Source: a virus
Taxonomy: Duplodnaviria > Caudoviricetes
DNA: 26,093 nucleotides
IMG/VR virus record: IMGVR_UViG_3300020403_000077
Location: 1 to 26,093 of that record
Direction: 5' to 3' (one strand)
Part shown: piece after piece, positions 18,596 to 25,351 of the stretch
How the letters are laid out: every line of letters starts with the position of its first letter
How positions within the stretch are numbered: the stretch's first letter is position 1
Made by a program: the position numbers and the translations under genes
The notes under the pieces: model-generated
The model's database searches: none
Told to the model about the DNA's origin: nothing
What the model saw: only the letters and a program-made list of their open reading frames with translations

Positions 18596-19114
18596 TTAAG
18601 GCCTCTTACTTTTAGCTTTTTCATCAACTTTTTTCATTAGTTGAGAATAATCTCTTGTTAATATATCTGCCATGTCGTCACTAACTTCTACATGTTTTCT
18701 ATCGTTAGGAAGCATTTGTTGTACACTAGGTTTTCCACCAAACATTTGGTCTGGAGTTTGCATACCCATCATAGCGGCTAGACCTGCTCTGCCATCTGCT
18801 CCACTATATGTTTTACCTCCCATTGTTGGCCATTCTTCTTTTGAATTAGCCGTTTCATTTAATACTTTATTAAGAACAGGGTCTTTAGTATACTCAAATT
18901 GAGTTTTCTTTGTTTTATTTTGTCTAGTACCTTGTTCATATGGATTCTTAGGTGCATTAGCCATATCTGTTAAATTAAATCCATGTGCAATGTGCTCTGA
19001 AGTTAGTTTTTTCTTTGTTCCTAAAACTTCTTTAAGCTCTTCACGTACTGCAGTTCTTACTTCTTCTCTAACTGCTTTTTTTATTATTTCTAATAATTTT
19101 TTTGATGTGCTCAT
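18596..19114 (-). CDS. Hypothetical late protein (helical N-terminus AVREEVRTAVREE)
   Basis: 172 aa, SD GAGG, preceded by its own ATATTTATAT motif; no family recognised. Confidence 0.75.
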   Translation of the reverse strand: MSTSKKLLEIIKKAVREEVRTAVREELKEVLGTKKKLTSEHIAHGFNLTDMANAPKNPYEQGTRQNKTKKTQFEYTKDPVLNKVLNETANSKEEWPTMGGKTYSGADGRAGLAAMMGMQTPDQMFGGKPSVQQMLPNDRKHVEVSDDMADILTRDYSQLMKKVDEKAKSKRP

Positions 19115-19131
19115 AATATTCCTCGTTACTT

Positions 19132-19141
19132 ATATAAATAT
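19132..19141 (-). promoter_or_regulatory. Putative late promoter motif ATATTTATAT
   Basis: Exact 10-mer in the 50-bp gap upstream of 19114. Confidence 0.6.
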
Positions 19142-19164
19142 CTCGTTTGTTAACTTTTTTGTTC

Positions 19165-19632
19165 CTATGACCAAGGTAATGGACCAATTGGTGGTGTACC
19201 TGGTATTATATATGTTCCTGTTGGAAACCAGCTAGCTAAAACTGCGCCAAACTGATTTCCCATGGTTAAAGCATCAGCTGCTCCTGGCTCTCCTGATGGG
19301 AAACAACTATCTATTGGTGGTGGACCAGCTGGAGGTACTGCTATAGATGGTGCAAAACCCGGTACCATTCCAGCTGCAAATAATTGTATTGCAGACTTTA
19401 ACATATTTCCTGCATTATCTGTGTTCGAATTCCATCCTGCTAACGCTCCAGCCATTGAACTTTCTGCTGCAGATATTGTTGATGATGGAGCTGGCGCTAA
19501 AACTGTAGCTGCTCCTGCAACCATTGCCTGTGCCCAAGCTTTACCTGCATCTCCTTGTTTTTCACCAGCTGGACATCCATTACCAAAATTTGCATTGTAA
19601 ACATTCGCGAAAAGTGCCGAATTAAATGGCAT
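19165..19632 (-). CDS. Ala/Gly/Pro-rich protein downstream of the spike, putative spike-tip/penetration protein
   Basis: 155 aa, SD AGGAG, no Arg or His, Pro-rich C-terminus; function inferred from position only. Confidence 0.6.
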   Translation of the reverse strand: MPFNSALFANVYNANFGNGCPAGEKQGDAGKAWAQAMVAGAATVLAPAPSSTISAAESSMAGALAGWNSNTDNAGNMLKSAIQLFAAGMVPGFAPSIAVPPAGPPPIDSCFPSGEPGAADALTMGNQFGAVLASWFPTGTYIIPGTPPIGPLPWS

Positions 19633-19643
19633 AAAACTATCTC

Positions 19644-20828
19644 CTAATTAGATTTTGTACAGAAACTATTTTCACTTAAAATATCAGGTGCTTTTGATTT
19701 CAAGTTTCCATAGTCTGCTGAATTTATTGGTGTTCCACTAGGACCACATGCAGTAGGGTGTGTTTCCGCCATAAGTGTATCACATAACTCTTGCAACCAA
19801 TCTACTAAAGTTTGCCCTAAAGCAACAGGCTCAGCTTCATCTGTTGATGCATTTCCTAAATATATTTTTGGTGAATCTATTATTGTATGGTCATCAGCAT
19901 CAATATTAAATGTACCTTCAGTAGAAAAACCTACGGATACTTTTGCTGTTCCCAATATGCTATCTGTTTTAGCATTAAAAACTATTCTATCTGAATTTAT
20001 TATTACTTGATTTCCTTCATAAGCATCTTGTTCATCTGGATTTGAACTATTATGATAAGAATCTTTATTTGTACTTGCAATTTCTAAAGGTATTTTTTGA
20101 CCTGCAGCTAGTACAATTTGTGATGCATCTCCTGAAGTTGTATAATCTTCCAAGTGATAGCCTTCTGCGGTATCTGATGCGTCACCATATCCAGACTGTA
20201 TTGTAATTATAGGGTCACCAGGTGAACCTGCATCAGAATATAGATTTGGATCTCCAGCTTGTGGGTCAGAAGTACTACCAAATCTTATTGAATTACCCCA
20301 TCTACCTTGAATAATTAAATCACCTTCATAAGGCTGCATTGTTGCAATTTCCTGTGGCTCAAATGAATTACCTAAAGTTGGACCTTCTGGTTCTGCATCT
20401 CCTTTATGTCTATCAAATTCACTTGGTGTTGCCTTTCTACGTTCTAACGCATACGATGCAGCAGGTAAACTATTTTCATTTACATCCATCCAAATGTTTT
20501 GTGGGTATGGAAGCCATAATTTTTGAGTTGCACCTGTTTGTCTTTGTGAGTCTGTAGATGCTCCTTGTAATACTAACACACATTCACCTATTAAAGGATA
20601 CTGTATTGTGTTTGCACTTGCAGGTTTTATCCATTGTAAAACATAATCACTAACATTATTTTGAGTTTGTATTAGTCTTGCAAGTATACATCCTACACCA
20701 TTACCTTCATCAGTATATTCTGGATGTGCTTCATCCAATATAATATCTACAACTTCTGCTGCCTCTACTTCCAGCGTTCTTGGCTGACCTGTTATTCCTC
20801 TAATGCTTCCACCAGTATTTTGTGGCAT
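19644..20828 (-). CDS. Baseplate central spike (gp5 / P2 gpV-like), no lysozyme domain seen
   Basis: OB-fold-like N-terminus (AEVVDII...YPLIGECVLV), EGDLIIQGRWGNSIRF, beta-repeat region (QVIINSDRIVFNAK...FNIDA...IDSPKIYLG), EPVALG and apex-like HPT.CGPSGTP. Confidence 0.75.
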   Translation of the reverse strand: MPQNTGGSIRGITGQPRTLEVEAAEVVDIILDEAHPEYTDEGNGVGCILARLIQTQNNVSDYVLQWIKPASANTIQYPLIGECVLVLQGASTDSQRQTGATQKLWLPYPQNIWMDVNENSLPAASYALERRKATPSEFDRHKGDAEPEGPTLGNSFEPQEIATMQPYEGDLIIQGRWGNSIRFGSTSDPQAGDPNLYSDAGSPGDPIITIQSGYGDASDTAEGYHLEDYTTSGDASQIVLAAGQKIPLEIASTNKDSYHNSSNPDEQDAYEGNQVIINSDRIVFNAKTDSILGTAKVSVGFSTEGTFNIDADDHTIIDSPKIYLGNASTDEAEPVALGQTLVDWLQELCDTLMAETHPTACGPSGTPINSADYGNLKSKAPDILSENSFCTKSN

Positions 20829-20830
20829 AA

Positions 20831-21169
20831 CTAGTTCTCCTTAGTTTTTTCTATTTCTTCAATAGATTCTATAAGCTGTTTCTTTTCATCATCACTTAAA
20901 GAAAAATCTCCACCACTTGTTTCAGCTCTTTGAGATGCTCTCTGTATTATTCCTGCCATTTTAATTAAATGGTCATCATTTTTTAATGAAGCATCAATAT
21001 AATCCTTTATTAACGGAACGATAACAGTAGCATCAGTCATATTTTTTATTAGTCCTTTTAATTGGCCAATAAGGGTATTTATTTGCTCATCTTTTTTCTT
21101 AGAGTTTTGGTATATCTCAGAAAATAGATTCGACAAAGTTTTACCTTCAAATATTTCATCATCAAACAT
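20831..21169 (-). CDS. Hypothetical alpha-helical protein, first gene of the late cluster
   Basis: 112 aa, SD AGGAG, upstream ATATTTATAT motif; helical/coiled-coil pattern by eye. Confidence 0.75.
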   Translation of the reverse strand: MFDDEIFEGKTLSNLFSEIYQNSKKKDEQINTLIGQLKGLIKNMTDATVIVPLIKDYIDASLKNDDHLIKMAGIIQRASQRAETSGGDFSLSDDEKKQLIESIEEIEKTKEN

Positions 21170-21200
21170 ATATTATCTCCTAATGTATCTACTTATCTAT

Positions 21201-21210
21201 ATATAAATAT
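21201..21210 (-). promoter_or_regulatory. Putative late promoter motif ATATTTATAT
   Basis: Exact 10-mer immediately downstream of the terminator and upstream of the whole structural cluster. Confidence 0.65.
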
Positions 21211-21221
21211 ATCGGAGCTAT

Positions 21222-21261
21222 AAAATAAAAATTGCCCCAGCACATTAAGTACCGAGGCAAT
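21222..21261 (-). terminator. Rho-independent terminator
   Basis: Minus RNA AUUGCCUCGGUAC-UUAAU-GUGCUGGGGCAAU then UUUUAUUUU: 13-bp stem with three G.U pairs that only pair on the minus strand. Confidence 0.88.
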
Positions 21262-21284
21262 CTTCTTTATTAAAGTAAATCTAA

Positions 21285-21509
21285 TTACTTCTTAACAAAA
21301 AATGACGTAATCAATATAAGAACTACTAGTCCTACAAATCCACCATTACCTAATCCTTCGATTAGTGCTGTTAAATTTGCTACTACATCAATTCCAAAAA
21401 CTGAGCCACCTGTTAAAACAAACCATAAAATGGTAACTGGTACTACAGCTAAAAGAAGTGTTGTTAATCCGCCAAAAAATCCTGCAATCAATTTAATTAC
21501 ATTTTCCAT
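21285..21509 (-). CDS. Small integral membrane protein
   Basis: 74 aa, two strongly hydrophobic segments, ends FFVKK; SD AAAGGAG. Confidence 0.8.
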   Translation of the reverse strand: MENVIKLIAGFFGGLTTLLLAVVPVTILWFVLTGGSVFGIDVVANLTALIEGLGNGGFVGLVVLILITSFFVKK

Positions 21510-21557
21510 CTGATTTCTCCTTTGTTATTGTGTCACTAGCATTTGACAAGTTAATAA

Positions 21558-21992
21558 TTAGAATCGGTAAGACAACCCAAAGTTGAATGTACCTTCTCTT
21601 TCTCCGTTTTCGTCTTCGTTAAGACTAATAGTGTAATTTGGCTCTACTGCTAGAGCTTTCCATACAACAAATGAATATCCTAATCCTAAGTTTAGGTTAT
21701 CAGTTGTTTCTTCGGTTGGTGCTTGAACAGAAACGTAAACGTTCTCGTTCCAATTGTAACGACCAAATAAGTCGTACTGCTTGTCACCATTTGCATCTTC
21801 TCCAGCTGAAACTAAACCAACAGTCCAAGTGTCGTTGATTGAGTAACCAATACCTAAGTTATCAGTTAGGCTAGATACTTCGAAGTCCTCTCCATCTTCT
21901 GGAGCATTGTAAGTCGTTACGACTAAAAAGTTTTGTGCTCCTGCAACCATTGTTGCTAAAGCAAGTGTTACTGTTAAAAATAAATTTTTCAT
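21558..21992 (-). CDS. Outer-membrane beta-barrel protein (small, ~8 strands)
   Basis: Sec signal MKNLFLTVTLALATMVAGA|Q; alternating strands LGIGY, WTVGL, LFGRY, VYVSVQ, LGLGYSF, VEPNY; C-terminal BAM beta-signal FNFGLSYRF; SD AAAGGAG. Confidence 0.85.
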   Translation of the reverse strand: MKNLFLTVTLALATMVAGAQNFLVVTTYNAPEDGEDFEVSSLTDNLGIGYSINDTWTVGLVSAGEDANGDKQYDLFGRYNWNENVYVSVQAPTEETTDNLNLGLGYSFVVWKALAVEPNYTISLNEDENGEREGTFNFGLSYRF

Positions 21993-22077
21993 AAAATTTC
22001 TCCTTTCTTTTCCTATGCTAGTAACGGTTTTAGGCCAAAATTGACCGGTTCAAAATTAAATATACTAAAAAACATCT

Positions 22078-22875
22078 CTAGTATTTAATTTTTGCTTCTC
22101 TATATTTTGTGAAAGTCTCTGAATATTCTTTTTTGATGGTATTGACAACCTTTGTGATATACTGGGTTCTAGTGTTTGTCATTTCTCTAATCATAATATA
22201 AAGGGCTTTCTTATTAAAATTCTCTATATTTTCTCTTTCTCTAAACAATTGTATAACGGCATATGCTATTTTTCTATCTCTATCGCTCTTGAATACTTTA
22301 GGTATTTGCTTATCATAGTATTCTATAAAAGCTTCCATGAATGCTGCCGTTTGTTCATTAAAATCCTTTCTTACCTCTTCATTTGTCACATCTCGTTGGT
22401 GGTCTATTGCTATAACTGGTGCTTTTTCTTTCATAGCTTTGTAGTTTTTATTGTTGTTTTGAATTAAATAATTTTTTGCAACAATACTAAAGTATGAAAA
22501 AGCTTTTCCTTTTCCTTCTTGAAATTTAGGTAATTTTTCTAACATAAAGGCTACAACTTCTTGTTTTAACTCTCTAGCTCCATAATCAAAGTAATAAAAC
22601 TTAAATGTATGAATTATATTTTCTGAGAGTTTATCTAATGCTCTATGTATATGTTCATTAAATACCTTATTTCGTAATGTACCATCTGTTTCTGCGTTAT
22701 ACGCTATTATTGCAGCCTCCGTTATTGGAGTAAAGTACATTTTATTTTTTCTTGGTCTACCTCTTCGTTTTCCCTTTGCAGCTTCTTCAGCAATTCTTCT
22801 TTCTTCATCTTGCTGCATTTTAAGTTGTTTGTAGAACTTTTCTACTGGTGATAATTGTTTTTCTGATGAGTCCAT
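22078..22875 (-). CDS. Phage RNA polymerase sigma factor (T4 gp55-like late sigma) with N-terminal AT-hook
   Basis: ELKQEVVAFMLEKLPKFQEGKGKAFSYFSIVAKNYLIQ matches sigma region 2.2-2.4 (gp55-type AFxYF); KRRGRPRK at aa 36-43; helical HTH-like C-terminus. Confidence 0.75.
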   Translation of the reverse strand: MDSSEKQLSPVEKFYKQLKMQQDEERRIAEEAAKGKRRGRPRKNKMYFTPITEAAIIAYNAETDGTLRNKVFNEHIHRALDKLSENIIHTFKFYYFDYGARELKQEVVAFMLEKLPKFQEGKGKAFSYFSIVAKNYLIQNNNKNYKAMKEKAPVIAIDHQRDVTNEEVRKDFNEQTAAFMEAFIEYYDKQIPKVFKSDRDRKIAYAVIQLFRERENIENFNKKALYIMIREMTNTRTQYITKVVNTIKKEYSETFTKYREAKIKY

Positions 22876-23132
22876 TATTTCTCTAAGCCTTCTATTATCT
22901 TTAATATTTGTTTGAATGTCTGGCCAACTTCATCATCTTCTTCAAATATTCCCTTACTATCAATCTTTCTCATATCTTGAATAGCCTTATCCAATTGTTC
23001 TTTAATTTCAAGTACATATTGGTCAGATTCTTCTATTGATTCTTCATATAACTCTAACTTTCTTAATACATTAAGTGTAGAGTATCCTAGAAAAATAACC
23101 AGTAGAGATAATATGATAATTGTTGTTATCAC
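22875..23132 (-). CDS. Small membrane-anchored coiled-coil protein
   Basis: N-terminal hydrophobic helix, then acidic helix and GIFEEDDEVG; GTGA overlap with the HD gene and TAATG overlap with the sigma gene. Confidence 0.75.
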   Translation of the reverse strand: MITTIIILSLLVIFLGYSTLNVLRKLELYEESIEESDQYVLEIKEQLDKAIQDMRKIDSKGIFEEDDEVGQTFKQILKIIEGLEK

Positions 23133-23899
23133 TTAGTATCTCCAAATAAGTCCTTAAATAAATCTTGTGCATTTTCATTTGCACTTGAAATTTTTGGTGC
23201 CTTTTTCTTAAATGTTGGTGTTGAATTTTTAACTAAAGGCGCAGAAGCTTGTACTCCACCTTTATTCCATTTTTCGAACTCTATCATTGAAGCCATGTGA
23301 TCTGCTTGGTGTAATAATAGTGGCATATGGTTTCTAAGTTTTCTATCTTTATCCCAAGTTTTTAGATATGTAGCATTACCTTCATCATATAATCCATCAT
23401 GCGTCATAATAGCTATCATTTCATTTTGAGAATATTTTATACCAAACTCTTGTAATAACCATAAACTACGATGAGGTACTGACATGTTTTGTATATCAGG
23501 ATTAACATTGTATATTTTACCTTGATTCTTTCTGTGCCATTCACTAGGATTTGGTACATAATATTCATGGTTCATATCACCAATTTTACCAAGGTCATGG
23601 TTAAGTGCAGAAAATGCAAGTTCTTCTGTTGTATAACCACTCATATCTGCTCCCATCTTTTTCCATAAGTTATATAGGTTGGCAGAACATTCCATAACTC
23701 TTAATACATGGTCAACGTATCCACCAATGAAACAGTTATGAAAGTGTTCTATACCAGATGCTGGTGCCATCATCATGCGATCTGCAAAACCATTGTACAT
23801 TTCTAAAAGAGCTCGTTTTCTTTCACCATCAAAATTAGTTTCAATCTTTGATAGTAACTTATTCCAGTTTTCTAATAATTGTTGTTCTGTTAAATTCAT
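23129..23899 (-). CDS. HD-domain phosphohydrolase (YhaM/Cbf1-like)
   Basis: APAS..HFH..F.GGYVDHV, ALNHDLGK, H.S, I.THDG, LHQAD: metal ligands arranged as in YhaM-type HD domains; no N-terminal OB fold evident. Confidence 0.88.
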   Translation of the reverse strand: MNLTEQQLLENWNKLLSKIETNFDGERKRALLEMYNGFADRMMMAPASGIEHFHNCFIGGYVDHVLRVMECSANLYNLWKKMGADMSGYTTEELAFSALNHDLGKIGDMNHEYYVPNPSEWHRKNQGKIYNVNPDIQNMSVPHRSLWLLQEFGIKYSQNEMIAIMTHDGLYDEGNATYLKTWDKDRKLRNHMPLLLHQADHMASMIEFEKWNKGGVQASAPLVKNSTPTFKKKAPKISSANENAQDLFKDLFGDTK

Positions 23900-23900
23900 A

Positions 23901-24509
23901 TTATCCTATTGTATCTATTACGCCAAAATCTAAAGCTTCTTCGGCTGTTAAATAAAAATCTGACTTCATCTTATCTTCCCACCACTTTGCATCTTTTTTA
24001 GTTCTTTCTCCAAGTAAAGAATATATTTTTGCTTCTACTGACTTTGAATATTCTAAACCTGCTCTTACGTCAGATAGTTTACCTTGAGAAAAAGTAGATC
24101 CTTGGTGAAACATTATTGTTGAGTGTTTAGATGCAGCTCTTTGTCCTGTTCCACATGCTAATATAATAGCTGCAGCAGATTGTGCCGATCCTCTAACTAT
24201 AGTATTTACCTTGGTATCAATTAAGTCCATAAAGTCTATAATACCAAACATCTCAGATACATCTCCACCTGGTGAATTGATAATTAAATTCAAAGCGTCA
24301 TCTTTGTAATTATCATCTCGTTCTCTAATCACAGTTCGAACACGAGTCATAAAATCAAATAGTGTATATTCAGCTATCTCGCCAAATAAATATATTACAC
24401 TTTCAGGTATCCATACTCCTCTATCCGATTCTTCCCATTTTAAGTTATCTTGTTTCATAACATTTGGTTGTTCCTTCGTTGTTGGTGCTTTTTCTTCGTA
24501 TATACTCAT
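23901..24509 (-). CDS. clpP: ATP-dependent Clp protease proteolytic subunit
   Basis: IYLFGEI, LIINSPGGDV, GSAQSAA (catalytic Ser), IMFHQ (His), SDFYLTAEEALDFGVID (Asp). ATG at 24509 preferred over the ORF-track start 24518 because it follows the upstream stop. Confidence 0.93.
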   Translation of the reverse strand: MSIYEEKAPTTKEQPNVMKQDNLKWEESDRGVWIPESVIYLFGEIAEYTLFDFMTRVRTVIRERDDNYKDDALNLIINSPGGDVSEMFGIIDFMDLIDTKVNTIVRGSAQSAAAIILACGTGQRAASKHSTIMFHQGSTFSQGKLSDVRAGLEYSKSVEAKIYSLLGERTKKDAKWWEDKMKSDFYLTAEEALDFGVIDTIG

Positions 24510-24510
24510 A

Positions 24511-24747
24511 TTAGTCAAATAATAATTTTAATTGTTTTTTATCTTTTTCTAGGTTTTCATCTTGAATGTGGCCAAAAGTTTCTCTAACAGACTTTTCGTG
24601 GTATCCAATAGCGTGAGCCATTCTTACACACATAATCTTAAATTGATTACAAGTCATATCTTTTGGTAATGTAAATTCTATAACCTTTGCTTCTTTAGTA
24701 GATCCACCTCTACTATAAGTTAGCTTGTTTGTCATATTGATTAGCAC
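24511..24747 (-). CDS. Hypothetical protein
   Basis: GTG start 7 nt after SD GGAG (alternative ATG at 24735); first gene behind the promoter at 24777..24811; abuts clpP. Confidence 0.7.
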   Translation of the reverse strand: MLINMTNKLTYSRGGSTKEAKVIEFTLPKDMTCNQFKIMCVRMAHAIGYHEKSVRETFGHIQDENLEKDKKQLKLLFD

Positions 24748-24776
24748 ATAAGTTCTCCATATTATCTAAATTATTA

Positions 24777-24811
24777 GTATAATATAAACAAAATTCTCTA
24801 AACGGTAAAAT
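24777..24811 (-). promoter_or_regulatory. sigma70-like early/middle promoter (TTTACC-N17-TATATT) for the clpP-HD-sigma operon
   Basis: Minus strand ATTTTACCGTTTAGAGAATTTTGTTTATATTATAC; 30/35 identical to 902..936. Confidence 0.7.
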
Positions 24812-24814
24812 ATT

Positions 24815-25351
24815 CTAGTACTTTTTTTCGTAGTATGCCTCAGCATCAAACTTTCTAGGGAATCTTCCTGCTAGAATTCTAGTCTCATACTTAATATACT
24901 TATCAATAACCTTTTTATCTTTTTTCCATCGTAACGTTTGGTATTTTTTCTTAAGCTTAAACAATCTACTTCCTGCTTCAAGCTTTATTTTTTCTTTTTC
25001 TTTCTTTGTTAATCTATTTCCTTTATCTTTTACTTTGCTAGGCTCTAAGGTACCTTTTAATTCAGGTTGTTCTATTCCCTTGTGATAAACTGTTCCATCT
25101 CTATCAACAAATACTGCCATCCACTTCCAACCTCTTGGCCTACCTGTAGATTTTTTTAGTGTGACGTCTGGTCCACCAAATTCAGCTTGTAAAGACTCTG
25201 CAACACAAATTGAGCATGTTACCGCTGTTGCGTCTTCTCCACATTTTGTCATTACACCACAAACTTTGCATTCCATGTGGCGATACATTGCACCTTTTCT
25301 TTCATTCCATTTTGTACCTGGTATGTATTCTACTAAATATTTTTCTTCCAT
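24815..25351 (-). CDS. Zn-finger, basic, putative nucleic-acid-binding protein
   Basis: CKVC...CSIC, then KKSTGRPRGWKW and a very Lys-rich C-terminal helix. Confidence 0.7.
   Translation of the reverse strand: MEEKYLVEYIPGTKWNERKGAMYRHMECKVCGVMTKCGEDATAVTCSICVAESLQAEFGGPDVTLKKSTGRPRGWKWMAVFVDRDGTVYHKGIEQPELKGTLEPSKVKDKGNRLTKKEKEKIKLEAGSRLFKLKKKYQTLRWKKDKKVIDKYIKYETRILAGRFPRKFDAEAYYEKKY

Noticed and set aside
1360-21169. Extracellular contractile injection system, tailocin or T6SS locus
   Set aside because: Primase, resolvase, gp55-like sigma and dense single-strand phage-like organisation indicate a phage; no eCIS ATPase or T6SS membrane complex seen.
22032-22046. Small hairpin GGTCA-ATTT-TGGCC in the OMP leader as a terminator
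   Set aside because: Only about 5 bp with a wobble and no U-tract on the minus strand.
21285-23132. Canonical holin/endolysin/spanin cassette
   Set aside because: No endolysin and no lipobox-bearing o-spanin seen; the membrane proteins are left unassigned.
24713-24760. 15-codon upstream ORF MENLCANQYDKQANL overlapping the 78-aa gene
   Set aside because: No SD of its own; its ATGGAG is better explained as the SD for the GTG at 24747.
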